Notes: generated by a model from the sequence alone, not told the origin. A stretch of 64,000 nucleotides of DNA from an uncultured Gemmatimonadales bacterium (GCA_963798085.1 CAWCRS010000002.1:160001-224000), one strand, 5' to 3'; numbered from the stretch's first letter, positions 45,290 through 56,389 are shown. Program-made: numbers and translations.

Positions 45290-45733
45290 ATGGCAAGGAT
45301 CAGGAAAACCGAAGAAGAGTGGGCACAGCAGCTGACGCCGGAGCAGTTCGCGGTGACGCGGCGCAAGGGAACGGAGCGCGCGTTCACGGGCGAGTATCAC
45401 GACTGCAAGGCGGACGGCACCTATCACTGTGTTTGCTGCGGCGCGGAGCTGTTCCGCTCGGACGAGAAGTACGATTCGGGCAGCGGCTGGCCCAGCTTCT
45501 GGGCGCCCGCAGCGGGCGCGAACGTACGCACGGAGACGGATACGAGTCACGGCATGCGCCGGGTCGAGGTGATGTGCGCGGCCTGTGATGCGCACCTGGG
45601 CCACGTGTTCCCGGACGGGCCGCGCCCCACGGGCCTGCGCTACTGCATCAATTCACTGGCGTTGTCGCTGGACGAGAACGAGAAGGCCGGCGTGCAGCCG
45701 GAAAACCCGCGGGTTGAAGAGGAGAGCACGTGA
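45290..45733 (+). CDS. msrB: Peptide-methionine (R)-S-oxide reductase
   Basis: [20 protein letters not shown] and RYCINS. Confidence 0.97.
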   Translation: MARIRKTEEEWAQQLTPEQFAVTRRKGTERAFTGEYHDCKADGTYHCVCCGAELFRSDEKYDSGSGWPSFWAPAAGANVRTETDTSHGMRRVEVMCAACDAHLGHVFPDGPRPTGLRYCINSLALSLDENEKAGVQPENPRVEEEST

Positions 45734-47505
45734 TGATGCGACGAAGCGGTTGGGTGCAGGCGTGGTTCCGGACGTCCGGTCGCGCCGTGCTGACAATGGT
45801 CTCGGCGCTGCTGCTCGGAGCGGCCGGCGTCCGCGGCCAGGCTGCTGCCGCGGCACGCCAGGGCGGGACGCCGCCGCGCGCGCAGAACGACGCGCTGCGC
45901 ACCGTGGCGGAGAAGACGGAGTTCAAGCAGACGTCGCGCTACGAGGACGTGGTGCGGCTGATGGAGGCCGCGCAGCGCGCCGCGCCTGCGCTGCTGCGCA
46001 TGGACACCTTCGGCTACACGTTCGAGGGACGCGCACTGCCGCTGATGGTCGTGGGCCACCTGCGTGACAAGCGACCGGAGACCGTGCGCGCGTCCGGCAG
46101 GACCGTGGTGTACCTGCAGGGCAACATCCACGCGGGTGAAGTCGAGGGCAAGGAATCGCTGCAGATCCTGCTGCGCGAACTGACGCAGGGCCAGCATGGC
46201 GCATGGCTGGATTCACTCGTGCTGCTCATCGCGCCCATCTACAACGCTGATGGCAACGAACGCATCCTGCTGACCAATCGCGGCGTGCAGAACGGGCCCA
46301 TCGGCGGCATGGGCCAGCGGCCCAACGCCCAGGATTACGACCTGAACCGCGACCACATGAAGCTGGAGTCGCCGGAGGCGAGGTCGCTCGCCGGCCTGCT
46401 GACGCGCTACGATCCGCAGGTGGCGGTGGACCTGCACACCACCGACGGCACGCGCATGGCGTACTACGTCACCTATTCGGGGCCCATGCACCCCAACACG
46501 GATTCCGCGCTGGTCCGCATGCTGCGCCAGCGCTGGTTTCCCGAGATGACAAAGACGCTGCACGACAAGTATCACTGGGACTACTACTACTACGGCAACG
46601 TCGAACGCACGGGAGACCAGCGGGGCTGGTACACCTTCGACTACCGCCCGCGCTTCAACAACAACTACATCGGGCTGCGCAACCGCTTCGCCATTCTGAG
46701 CGAGGCGTACGCTTACGCGACGTTCGAGGACCGCATCAAGGCGACATCGCGTTTCGTCGAGGAGATCGTCAACTTCGCGATGCACAACGCCACCGCGATC
46801 CGGCGCACCACTGCGGCGGCGGATGCCGCACCCATCGTGGGCCGGCAGTTCGCGTTGCGCGCCGACTTCGAGCGCTCCGACCCGGTGGATATCCTGCTGG
46901 GTGATGTCACCGAGGAGCGCAATCCCTACAGCGGCGCACGCATGCTGCGGCGCGCGGATGTGACGCACGTGGAGCGCATGCCGGAGTACGGCACGTACAC
47001 ACCCACGGAGACGGAACGCGTGCCGCGCGCCTATCTGATCCCGCCCGCGCTCGCGGACATCGTCGACAAGCTGCAGGCGCACGGTGTGAAGACAACGGTG
47101 CTCGCGACGGACCGGCAGCTGCGCGTCGAGAAGTTCCGCATCGACTCCACGACTGCGGAAACGCAGCCATTCCAGGGACACCAGGAGCGCACGCTGTATG
47201 GCGCCTGGGAGGCTTCGACGGAAACCGTACCGGCTGGCACGGTGGTGGCCTCGGTGGAACAGCCGCTCGGCCGGCTCATGTTCACACTGCTCGAGCCGCG
47301 CTCGGACGACGGCTTCGTTGACTGGAACCTGCTGGACCGCGATCTCGGCCTGGTCGCTGCCGGCAGCGGACGCCGTGGCGGTGGCTTCGGCGGCGGTGGC
47401 GGCGGCGGGCGAGGCGGCCGGGGGGGCGGTGGCGGCGGCGCGGGTGCACCCACACAGCCGGTGCCGTTCTACCCGATCCTGCGCACGGACGAGAGCGTGC
47501 ACTGA
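45733..47505 (+). CDS. M14 family zinc carboxypeptidase, secreted
   Basis: IHAGE, NADG, DLNRD and DLHT. Confidence 0.9.
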   Translation: MMRRSGWVQAWFRTSGRAVLTMVSALLLGAAGVRGQAAAAARQGGTPPRAQNDALRTVAEKTEFKQTSRYEDVVRLMEAAQRAAPALLRMDTFGYTFEGRALPLMVVGHLRDKRPETVRASGRTVVYLQGNIHAGEVEGKESLQILLRELTQGQHGAWLDSLVLLIAPIYNADGNERILLTNRGVQNGPIGGMGQRPNAQDYDLNRDHMKLESPEARSLAGLLTRYDPQVAVDLHTTDGTRMAYYVTYSGPMHPNTDSALVRMLRQRWFPEMTKTLHDKYHWDYYYYGNVERTGDQRGWYTFDYRPRFNNNYIGLRNRFAILSEAYAYATFEDRIKATSRFVEEIVNFAMHNATAIRRTTAAADAAPIVGRQFALRADFERSDPVDILLGDVTEERNPYSGARMLRRADVTHVERMPEYGTYTPTETERVPRAYLIPPALADIVDKLQAHGVKTTVLATDRQLRVEKFRIDSTTAETQPFQGHQERTLYGAWEASTETVPAGTVVASVEQPLGRLMFTLLEPRSDDGFVDWNLLDRDLGLVAAGSGRRGGGFGGGGGGGRGGRGGGGGGAGAPTQPVPFYPILRTDESVH

Positions 47506-47524
47506 AGCGATAACAGGCCGTCAG

Positions 47525-47567
47525 ACGAAACGCGCCGGCGGGCAGGAGCCCGACCGGCGCGTTTCGT
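47525..47567. terminator. Bidirectional terminator-like hairpin
   Basis: ACGAAACGCGCCGG...CCGGCGCGTTTCGT between convergent genes. Confidence 0.75.
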
Positions 47568-47590
47568 TGCGCAGGCGAGGAGAGGGGATG

Positions 47591-49636
47591 TTACCTGCGC
47601 AGAATCTCTATCAGCAGGTCGCGCTTGCGGGGATCGTCGGTCTGCGAGAAGTACATGACCGCGCTCTTCTTGAGGTCCAGGTCCTTCTCGTTGCGCGCAA
47701 TGTCGATGAGCTTGTCGGCGGCGGGCTGCTCGGTGCGCGCGCGCTCGCCGATGGCGCCCAGCACGGAGCGCTTCACGGTCTTGTCAGTGGTGCGATCGTA
47801 GAGCGCCGCCAGCCGGTCGAATGACAGGGTCTTGCTGCGTCCGACCATGTTGATGGCGTACTGACGCAGGCGAGGCTCTTCGTTCTCGTTGCTGGCGATG
47901 GTCATGAGCCAGTCGGCGTCCATGCCGCCCCGACGCACGCCGGCCGCCATGAGAATCGTCTCCCGCAGATCGGTTTCGCTGCCGGCACGGGAGTAGAGCT
48001 GGCGCAGAAACGCCGCGTTAGCGGAATCGCCGGACTGGCCCAGATAGGCGATGGCACGGCGGCGTGCGTCGATGGGCAGGTCGGTGCGGCCGGCATAATC
48101 GCGGACGGCGCGCCAGCCACGGTCGGTGCGCGTGCGCGCCAGTGTCTGCAACGCCCAGTCCCGGCCCTTGGCGTCGCTAGCGGTGCGCAGCTGCTCCTCG
48201 GCCAGCGCGACGGCACGGTCCGGATTGCGTGAGCTGAGGTACACCAGTGCGGACTGGCGCACGGCGGGCTCCGGATCGTTGCGCGCCGCATCGGCCAGCA
48301 TGGCTTCGGCGTCCGGCGTCTGGATGCGGGCCACGATCATGAGCGCGCGATCGCGCAACTGCGCCGCGCACTCATCACGGCGGCCCATGACATCCTTCAG
48401 CACCGGCATGGCCGCGGAGGAATCCATGCGCACCAGCGCATTGAGCGCGATGAGCCGGATCTCGCTGTCATCCCCGGCGCATTGCGGCGGTACCCGGACG
48501 TAGCCGCTGTAGCCCATCCCGCCCATCGATCCATACAGGCTGGTCATCGCGTTAACCTGCGCGACGGTGTTATTGGCCTGCGCGATCTCGGCCTGCATCT
48601 GCGCAGACTGGACCGCGCTGGCGACAATGTTACTGGAACGGGTTGCGGCGACCGCGCCCGATTCGAGGACGCGCGAGGGCCCGGTCACCAGTGTGCGCAC
48701 ATCATCGGTGGCACTGCTGGCATCGCCCATCTGCGCCAGGCGCACACGCACACTGGTCAGCAATCCCGTGGTGTCGCGTGGGCGGCGCTCGGCCGGGTAC
48801 TTCTCCATGAGCTGCTCGAGTGCGGCCCTCGCCTCACGCAGGTTGTCCCGCGAGCCGAGGCGGGCCAGCGCGAAAGCCTGGTAGTAGTAGGCTTCGGGCC
48901 GGTACGTCGATTTGGCAAAGCGCTCCTCCGTGCGGATGCGCCCGAAGAGACGGGCCGCCTGCGTGTAGTCCGAGCGATTGAGCCGCTCACGCGCGGCGCG
49001 CCACAGCGAATCGGCAGGATCCTGCGCTGCCCATGACGCGCGCGGTCCACCGCCATACAGCTGGTTCAGCGAGCGATCGAACTCATCGGAACCTCGCCAC
49101 ACGCCCGCCGCGACGGGCGCGATCTCCTGCACGCGGCCGGGCCACGCGAGCGCCTCCGCCTGCGCGCGCAGTGCGTTGCTCTGCGCTTCGGCATCGCGCT
49201 TGGCGTAGCCGCCCAGCGTCGAAGCTGCCAGCGTTTCCTGCGCGCGGCGCAGCTGGTCGCCGACCACCGCGCCCTGCGCCGCCTGCATCTCGAGCGCATG
49301 CCTGGCGCTCTCGAATTCCTCGCCATGCTGCGCGGCCATTGCCTGCAGGGCCACATGCTGCGCCTCGAGAGCCTGGCGCATCTGGTCCTCGTTCAGGCCG
49401 GTCGAGAGCTGCTCCTGTGCGCGCTCGATCAGCGCCTGGAGACGATCGAGCTGTTGGGCATCGACCTCCGTGCCGACCTGTCGCAGCCGGTCGATCAGGC
49501 TCTGGTACTCGGCAATGGCGGCGCGCTGGCGAGCCAATTCCTGCTCGGCGGCGCGGCGCTGCTGCGTCGTGGCCTGCCCGAAGAGCGGGGCCGCGGCGAC
49601 TGCCAGCGTCAGGGTGGCGAGTGTGAGAATTCTCAT
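47591..49636 (-). CDS. Secreted coiled-coil/TPR/HEAT-repeat protein
   Basis: Signal peptide, Q/A-rich coil, ADSLW..AR..L TPR-like segment and HEAT-like repeats (VRQSAL, LKKSAV). Confidence 0.8.
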   Translation of the reverse strand: MRILTLATLTLAVAAAPLFGQATTQQRRAAEQELARQRAAIAEYQSLIDRLRQVGTEVDAQQLDRLQALIERAQEQLSTGLNEDQMRQALEAQHVALQAMAAQHGEEFESARHALEMQAAQGAVVGDQLRRAQETLAASTLGGYAKRDAEAQSNALRAQAEALAWPGRVQEIAPVAAGVWRGSDEFDRSLNQLYGGGPRASWAAQDPADSLWRAARERLNRSDYTQAARLFGRIRTEERFAKSTYRPEAYYYQAFALARLGSRDNLREARAALEQLMEKYPAERRPRDTTGLLTSVRVRLAQMGDASSATDDVRTLVTGPSRVLESGAVAATRSSNIVASAVQSAQMQAEIAQANNTVAQVNAMTSLYGSMGGMGYSGYVRVPPQCAGDDSEIRLIALNALVRMDSSAAMPVLKDVMGRRDECAAQLRDRALMIVARIQTPDAEAMLADAARNDPEPAVRQSALVYLSSRNPDRAVALAEEQLRTASDAKGRDWALQTLARTRTDRGWRAVRDYAGRTDLPIDARRRAIAYLGQSGDSANAAFLRQLYSRAGSETDLRETILMAAGVRRGGMDADWLMTIASNENEEPRLRQYAINMVGRSKTLSFDRLAALYDRTTDKTVKRSVLGAIGERARTEQPAADKLIDIARNEKDLDLKKSAVMYFSQTDDPRKRDLLIEILRR

Positions 49637-49638
49637 TT

Positions 49639-50265
49639 TCAATCGTCTCCGTTGGCCCCGGCGGCGAGCCGGAGGCGGGCGAGTACGCGGTTGTGCTGAA
49701 TACCGTCTTCGATCAGTCGGATCTCTTCCTGCGGATCGTGCGCGGGCAGGGTGGCGATCTGCGCGAGCACCAGCTCGAGATCACCCAGCAGCCGGCTCAT
49801 GACGGGATCGCGGCCGGCCGGAGAATCGATGAGCAACCGGGTGTCGAGCAGCAGCTGTTTCGCCCATGCGGCCGCTTCCGGCGTCCGCCCCCCGCGGGCC
49901 TCGCCTTGCAGCGAAGCAAGCAGGACCTGCGTGTTCTGCAGGTAGTCCGCGGCGGCCACCTGGTACAGGCGGGGCGTGGTTGGCGCGTCCTCCATGCGTG
50001 TCTCGGCCTGTGCGGTTGCAGGCGACTTCACAGGTCCGGCCGCCGCGTCGCCGAGAGACATCCGACCAATGCCGACGCCCATGGCCAAGGTGGCGGCGAG
50101 GCTGAGTCCCCAGGCGATGCCGGTGCGGGAAGGGCAATGCGCCGGGCGGCGGAAGCGGTGCACGGAACTCACTTCCGCCCAGATCTCGTCACGCGGGATT
50201 TCGGGAGCGGGATCGAGATCCCGCACCAGGTCACCCACGAATTGTCCGAATTTCTCTTCGCTCAT
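49639..50265 (-). CDS. Putative anti-sigma factor (single TM)
   Basis: Directly downstream of an ECF sigma; one TM; LL.DLELVLAQI. Confidence 0.7.
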   Translation of the reverse strand: MSEEKFGQFVGDLVRDLDPAPEIPRDEIWAEVSSVHRFRRPAHCPSRTGIAWGLSLAATLAMGVGIGRMSLGDAAAGPVKSPATAQAETRMEDAPTTPRLYQVAAADYLQNTQVLLASLQGEARGGRTPEAAAWAKQLLLDTRLLIDSPAGRDPVMSRLLGDLELVLAQIATLPAHDPQEEIRLIEDGIQHNRVLARLRLAAGANGDD

Positions 50266-50807
50266 GACACCCACTCTCCTGCGAATTCCTTCAACTCCAG
50301 TCGCAACCTGGCCCGGGCTCGCGAGAGCCTGGCCTTGGAGGTACCGGTCGGCATGCCCAGCGCGGCGCCGATCTCGTCGTGTGTATAGCCTTCCACGTCG
50401 TACATGAGGAAAACGACACGGTACTTCACGGGGAGGCGGGCAATCGCATCACGCAGTCGGCTGCGCAGGTCCGGTTCCACGGCGCTGGCAACGGCACCGA
50501 GCGACGTCGCCTCGTGCAGGTCGGTTTCCCGGGCCCGCCACCGCTTCACCTTCCGCATCCCGTTCAGAGCGACCGACACGGTGATGCTATGGAGCCACGT
50601 GGAGAGCGCAGCATCACCCCGGAAGTCACCCAGCCGATCGAACGCGCGTACGAAGACATCCTGCGTGAAATCGCGCGCCAGGTCACCGTCGCCATCGGCG
50701 AGCCGGTAGGCCAGCCGATAGACTCTGTCCACGTGCCGGTCGTACAGCTGGCGTTCCGCCAGTCGCTCGCCCCGGAGCACGCGTTCGATCAGTTCCCGTT
50801 CCGTCAC
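50262..50807 (-). CDS. ECF sigma-70 factor
   Basis: DFTQDVF, LSTWLH and HDEIG..GTSKARLSRAR. Confidence 0.93.
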   Translation of the reverse strand: MTERELIERVLRGERLAERQLYDRHVDRVYRLAYRLADGDGDLARDFTQDVFVRAFDRLGDFRGDAALSTWLHSITVSVALNGMRKVKRWRARETDLHEATSLGAVASAVEPDLRSRLRDAIARLPVKYRVVFLMYDVEGYTHDEIGAALGMPTGTSKARLSRARARLRLELKEFAGEWVS

Positions 50808-50846
50808 GCGGTACCGCTTCGGCGTTCAAGTGCCGTGGATCCGACG

Positions 50847-50876
50847 ATATGACACGTTATTGCGGGCCGCGGTTGC
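50847..50876 (-). promoter_or_regulatory. Putative autoregulatory ECF promoter
   Basis: GCAACC-N16-TGTCATAT on the minus strand. Confidence 0.5.
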
Positions 50877-51015
50877 GCGGGCGGGTCGGGCAGGCCCGCG
50901 GGGAGCCGGGCGCTCCGGGAAGGTCCCGGCCCCGTGCGGAAGGGCCGGAGCCGCCGTGAGAACCGTGGCCCCGACGCTCTGGCTGGAGCGTGAATATGGC
51001 GTAGAATTATGGTCC

Positions 51016-51853
51016 ATGGCGACCTCGCGTACTCCCCGGCGCCGACCGCGCCGGCAGGCCGACCAGTACCAGCTCGCATTACCGCTCGCGTGGCTGACGG
51101 AGGCGGAATTCATTGAAGCGCTGCGCGTGCGCGGCGTCAATGGAATCCGTCGTATTCGCTATCGGCCGAATCGCACACGGCTCATCTCGCTGTCGTCGGA
51201 TCAACGCGCACTCAATCTGCACGATTGTTTTCGCGGTGCGACGGATGTCGTGATCGATGCGATCGCCGCCTTTCTGCATCCGGCATCCACTTCCGGCGTG
51301 CAACGGGCCGCGGTGCAGTCCATGCGGTCGTGGTCGGAGGGGCAGTCGCCGGTGGATGCGATATGGCCGATGCACGCGCCCGCGACCGCGGGGACGCTGG
51401 CACAGCTCGCATTCCTCAATGCCGCGTACCGTCATCTCGAATCGCGAGTGGTTCGCTGGCCTGCTGCCCGAAGGCGTGACCATTCGCCTGAGCCAGCGCA
51501 TGGTGCGGCGTTTCGGTCACGTCGAGTATCGGCGTGTACGCGGCCAGCGCGTGGTGGCGGAGATCGCGCTCAACATCGACCTGATGATAGAGGGCAACGA
51601 GCGGCCGCTTCTGGACACACTGATGCACGAGATGGCACACGTGGAAGCGTGGGTGCGCTGCGGTCACGTGGGTCACGGCGAGCCGTGGCGGCGCATAGCG
51701 CTGCGTGTGGGCTGCGAGGTCAACGCGTCATCGCACATGCGCATCCGCCGGCGCCGCAACACCGAAGTCACCTGGGTTCCGGACCTCGATTCCTTCCTGA
51801 TGCTGGCGAGGCGGCGCATGGAGCCGCGCCGGCCCGCCCTGCGCAAGGCCTGA
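51016..51853 (+). CDS. SprT-like zinc metalloprotease, frameshift near 51445
   Basis: TLMHEMAH...HG..W motif. Confidence 0.8.
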
Positions 51854-51872
51854 ACCATACCGCCGCCGCGCA

Positions 51873-53321
51873 CTAACGTCGCTGTTTCTTCTCCAGGTCC
51901 GCGAGCACACGCTGCGCGGCGTTGAAGCCGCACATGCCGTGCACGCCGCCGCCGGGCGGTGTCGACGCCGAGCACAGGTAGAGGCCTCGCCGTGGCGTGC
52001 GGTAGGGATCCCAGCGCGTGGTGGGGCGGAAGAACGTCTGGAACAGCGTGTTGGAGCCGCCCGTCACATCGCCGCCCACCAGATTGCGATTGTGCCGCTC
52101 CAGCTCGATGGGGGAACGCACGCTGCGCTGCAGGATGCAGTCGCGGAAGCCGGGCGCGAAGCGCTCGATCTGCGCTTCAATGCGCGCCGTCATGTCGAAG
52201 GCACTGCCGTTGGGCACGTGACAGTAGGCCCATGCCGTGTGCATGCCCGGCGGCGCGCGCGAGCCGTCGACAATGGTGGGCTGCGTCAGGAGCACGAATG
52301 GTTTTTCGCTGTGCTGGCCGTCCCAGGCATCAGCCTCGGAGCGAGCAATCTCCTCGAGTGTACCGCCTACGTGTACCGTCGTGGCCTCACGGCACGCGGG
52401 CGCGCTCCACGGAATCGGCTCGGACAGCGCCCAGTCCAGCTTGAAGGCACCGGGCCCGTAACGGTAGACCGCCAGGCGGCGCAGGAACTTCACGGGCAGC
52501 TGGCGCTGCGCGATGCGCGCCACTTCCAGGGGCGCGAGATCGAGCACCACGGCGCGGGCGGCGGGCAGCTCTTTCAGCGAATCGACGGGTGCACCCGTTT
52601 CAATGGTGCCGCCCAGCTTGCGCAGCCAGCCGGCGAGCGCATCGGCGATGGCCTGTGAACCGCCGCGCGCAACGGGCCAGCCCGCCACGTGCGCGACGGT
52701 GCCCAGCACGAGGCCGGTTGCTGCCGAGGCGAGCGCATCGAGGGGCAGCACCGCGTGCGCGGCCAGACCCGCGAACAGCGCGCGCATCTGCGGCGTGCGA
52801 AACCGGGAACGCGCGAGTGCGGCCGCGGGACGCAGAGCGGACAGGCCGAACTTCGCCATCAGCAGCGGATGGCGAGGGACGCGCAGCGGCGCGAGCAGAT
52901 CTTCGCGCAGCGCATCCCACAATGCGACGAACGGTGCAACGAGACGGATCCATGAGGCGCCGTCGTCGCCTGCATTCTGTTGCATTGCCTCCAGCGATGA
53001 CGTGAGACTGACAGCTTCACCACCATCCAGCGGATGCGCGGCAGGCAGCGGCGAGTACAGGAAGGTGAGCCCGTACTCTGCGAGCGGCATGTCGAGAAAC
53101 GCGGGCGAGACCGCGGCCATGGGATGCGCAGCGGAGCAGATATCGTGCAGAAAGCCGGGCATGGTGAGCGACTCGGTGCGCGTGCCGCCGCCGATCACCG
53201 GCTCGGCTTCGCGAACGTGCACGGAGAGGCCGGCGCGCGCGAGCGTCACCGCTGCGGCGAGCCCGTTCGGTCCGGCGCCCACGACAATCACGTCGTACAC
53301 AGGCGTCTGTCGCTGCATCAT
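51873..53321 (-). CDS. Phytoene desaturase-like FAD-dependent oxidoreductase
   Basis: GAGPNGL, HDICSAAHP, GGSQAI, WAYCH and STPPGGGVHGMCG. Confidence 0.88.
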   Translation of the reverse strand: MMQRQTPVYDVIVVGAGPNGLAAAVTLARAGLSVHVREAEPVIGGGTRTESLTMPGFLHDICSAAHPMAAVSPAFLDMPLAEYGLTFLYSPLPAAHPLDGGEAVSLTSSLEAMQQNAGDDGASWIRLVAPFVALWDALREDLLAPLRVPRHPLLMAKFGLSALRPAAALARSRFRTPQMRALFAGLAAHAVLPLDALASAATGLVLGTVAHVAGWPVARGGSQAIADALAGWLRKLGGTIETGAPVDSLKELPAARAVVLDLAPLEVARIAQRQLPVKFLRRLAVYRYGPGAFKLDWALSEPIPWSAPACREATTVHVGGTLEEIARSEADAWDGQHSEKPFVLLTQPTIVDGSRAPPGMHTAWAYCHVPNGSAFDMTARIEAQIERFAPGFRDCILQRSVRSPIELERHNRNLVGGDVTGGSNTLFQTFFRPTTRWDPYRTPRRGLYLCSASTPPGGGVHGMCGFNAAQRVLADLEKKQRR

Positions 53322-53431
53322 CGCCCGGATCGAAGCCGCGCCGGCAAGGGTATGGAACCCGCTTTCCATCGGCAGTCCATGTGCGCCCGGTAAGGGATCG
53401 TTTGTTTTCGAAATCATCAGCTGACGCCATC

Positions 53432-54856
53432 ATGATGCCGGCTCGACGGCCGGCCGTCCACGTTCCGGCTCTGGTCATCGCCCTTTCCGCCCTCACGTTA
53501 CCAGTGCCACTGGCTGCCCGGCAGTCCCGCGTTGTGGGGTCCGCGGCGCATTCTGGTGTCTCCAGACAGGGGACCACGGCACGCCCGGCGCGTGACTCGG
53601 CGCGCACGCACATTGCGCCGGCGGACTCATCGAGCACGCGTGCCCATCGCACACGGGCTGCGCGGCAGAATGGAAGGGGCGTGGAGCTGCACGGCGGTGC
53701 ACAGGTGATCGGACTCGTGACACGCGTGGATCCGGCGCTCGCGAACCGGCCGCTGACGGAGAGTTATCTGACGCAGCCCCTGCTGTTCGGTCATCTGTCC
53801 GCATTGCAGGGACGCGTCTCGGGTCGCGCGTCGATCGACTTCGAGGGGCTGACCATGCCCAACGGCGAGCTGGTGCCCGGGGCGAACGGCGAAGGCTTTG
53901 TCGACCGGCGACACCCGCACACCTATCTGCACGAGATGATCCTTTCCGGATCCGCGCGCGCGGCAGGCATCGACGCATCGCTGGCGGCGGGACGCGGCTT
54001 TGCGCCTTTCGGAACCGATGATCCGATGGTGCGCCCGTTCGTGAAGTATCCCGCGAACCACCACTGGTCGCAGATCCTGGAGCGCTGGACACTGACGGCC
54101 GCGGCGAGGCGAGGGCCGGCCACGGTGGAGGGTGGACTGTTCAACGGCGATGAGCCGACGGGCCCGCGCAGCCTCGGCAAGCTCGGTCATTTCGCGGATT
54201 CGTGGGCGACACGTCTCACGCTGCGCCCGCTGCGCGAGCTGGAGACACAGGCCAGTTACGCGTTCATCAATTCGCCGGAGAACATCACGGGACTGGGCGT
54301 GGATCAGCGCAAGCGCAGCGCATCCGCGCGCTACGAGCACGAGGTGCGCGCGGGAACAAGTGTGTACGGGCTGCTGGAATGGGCGGAAACGGACGAGTAC
54401 ACGGGCAGCCGCAAGATCTACATCTACAACACCACGTTAGCGGAAGCGGCGCTGCGCACACAGCCGTGGAAGGTGGCCCTGCGTTTCGAACGGACCACGC
54501 GACCGGAAGAGGAGCGCGAGGCGGATCCCTTCCGCACGCCAAGGCCGCAAGGCGACGAGAACATCCTGGGCGCGACGCGCTGGAACACGATCTCGGCCAG
54601 CGTCGGCTACGCGTTCTCCGTGCGCAGCGTGCGACTCGAGCCCTTCGCCGAAGCGGAGCACAGTGTGGTACGGGAAGTGACCGGCTCGAGCTTCCATCCG
54701 TCCCTGATCTACGGGTCGGACCGGTTGTGGACGCTGAGTCTGGGGTTGCGTGCGGGCGTGGGCATGACACACGGCCGCATGGGCCGCTACGGTGTGGCTC
54801 TGCCGCCCGCGGCGGCCATGCCGGAAATGTCGAACATGATGAACCGGAACGAGTGA
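53432..54856 (+). CDS. Hypothetical secreted / outer-membrane beta-rich protein with His and Met motifs
   Basis: Signal peptide, DRRHPHTYLHE, NHHW, alternating beta strands and Met-rich C-terminus. Confidence 0.7.
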   Translation: MMPARRPAVHVPALVIALSALTLPVPLAARQSRVVGSAAHSGVSRQGTTARPARDSARTHIAPADSSSTRAHRTRAARQNGRGVELHGGAQVIGLVTRVDPALANRPLTESYLTQPLLFGHLSALQGRVSGRASIDFEGLTMPNGELVPGANGEGFVDRRHPHTYLHEMILSGSARAAGIDASLAAGRGFAPFGTDDPMVRPFVKYPANHHWSQILERWTLTAAARRGPATVEGGLFNGDEPTGPRSLGKLGHFADSWATRLTLRPLRELETQASYAFINSPENITGLGVDQRKRSASARYEHEVRAGTSVYGLLEWAETDEYTGSRKIYIYNTTLAEAALRTQPWKVALRFERTTRPEEEREADPFRTPRPQGDENILGATRWNTISASVGYAFSVRSVRLEPFAEAEHSVVREVTGSSFHPSLIYGSDRLWTLSLGLRAGVGMTHGRMGRYGVALPPAAAMPEMSNMMNRNE

Positions 54857-54867
54857 GGCAGCAGGTG

Positions 54868-56084
54868 ATGATCCGCGGCGGAAAGAGGGGCCGGTGTGCA
54901 TATGCACTGTCAGGCGTGCTCCTGCTGGCGGCGTGCGACAAGAATCCGGTCGTGCCACCGGATGACGGCGGCTTCGTGCCGCGCACGTCCATCACGCTGC
55001 CCTCGCTGGGGCACGGTGATGTGCCCAACCGCTATACGGCGGAAGTGGCGGCTCGTGACCAGTGGGTGTACACGACCAGCTGGCAGTTCCGGCCGGCACC
55101 CGGCAACGCGGTGATGATCTGGGATGGATCGGGCAACACACCGGTGCTGGTGGACAGCCTCATCGTGGCCAATGTCTCGACCCTGGGCGATGTCGAGATC
55201 TCCGATGACGGCAAGCTGCTGGTGGTGGCCACGGAGTACAGCGGCGGCTCCATCATGATCTACGACCGCACCGATCCGGCTCATCCCACGCTGATCACGC
55301 AGTACACATCGCCGAACACGACGCGGGGCGTGCATACCGCCAAGGTGGCGCGTGTCGATGGCCGACTCTACGCCTTCCTCTGCATCGACCCCTCGCCGGC
55401 ACAGCTCGTGATCGTCGACATCACCGATCCGGCGTCGCCCCGGGAAGTGTTCGTGCAGGCCATGGGCGCGCCGTACGTGCATGACGTGTTCGTGCGCGAT
55501 GGTCTGCTGTTCACGGCGCTCTGGAACGACGGCATGACGATCTGGGACATCGGTGGCGGCGGCAAAGGCGGGACGCCGGCCAATCCCATCGCGATCGGCA
55601 ATGTGAAGACGCTGAACGGGCACGTGCACAACATCTTCTGGTACCACAGCCCCGCCGGCGAGAAGAAGTACGCGTTCATTGGCGAAGAGAACTCGCCGTT
55701 CTCGCTGGGCGTGACATCGGCGGGCGACATCCACGTGGTGGATGTGAGCGACATGGCGAATCCGCACGAGGTCGCGTTCTATCACGTGCCCAACGCGGGC
55801 ACGCACAACTTCTCCGTCGACGAAGCCCACGAAATTCTGTACGCGGCCTACTACAACGGGGGCGTTCGCGCTCTCGACATCCGGGGCGACCTGAGCCAGT
55901 GCGATGCCAGTACGCGCGCCGCGGATGGCCGCTGCGACCTGGCGGCAGCGAAACGCGAGGCGGGCGCCGCGCTGACCGGCCAGACGATCTGCGTCTGGGG
56001 TGTGTCGCGCGTGGGCCGCTACATTTCGCGTCGGACATGCTGAGCGGGCTGTTCAAGCTGGATGCAGGGGAGCTCATGCAATGA
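54868..56084 (+). CDS. LVIVD-repeat beta-propeller lipoprotein, frameshift near 56028
   Basis: Lipobox LAAC; LVIVDITDPASP and IHVVDVSDMANP. Confidence 0.8.
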
Positions 56085-56090
56085 ACGGGG

Positions 56091-56137
56091 GACGGCGTTG
56101 CTGGGGCAATCGCTCGGGCTGGTTGCCCGGGAACGGA
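56091..56137 (+). repeat. Intergenic repeat family copy C
   Basis: GACGGCGTTGCTGGGGCAATCGCTCGGGCTGGTTGCCCGGGAACGGA. Confidence 0.75.
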
Positions 56138-56389
56138 TTCAGCGACCAGCGCCACGGGCGACCTGGAGCGGGCTGAACGGACTCGGGTTGCTCACAATGG
56201 GTTCGAGTACTGCGGTGAACCATTTGAACTTTCCTGTCGACTTTTTGCGCACTATGGCGTAGACTGCTGCGGGTGACGGGGCCCCGGGCGGACGCCAGAC
56301 CGCCCGAGCGTGCCTCCGTTGCAGCCGTGACGCACGTCTGACGCGCAGCAACTCCAGCAATTCAGATTTCCACCGTGACGGAGGACCCC

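Noticed and set aside
51873..53321. Carotenoid biosynthesis cluster
   Set aside because: A single generic phytoene-desaturase-like oxidoreductase with no crtB/crtE neighbours.
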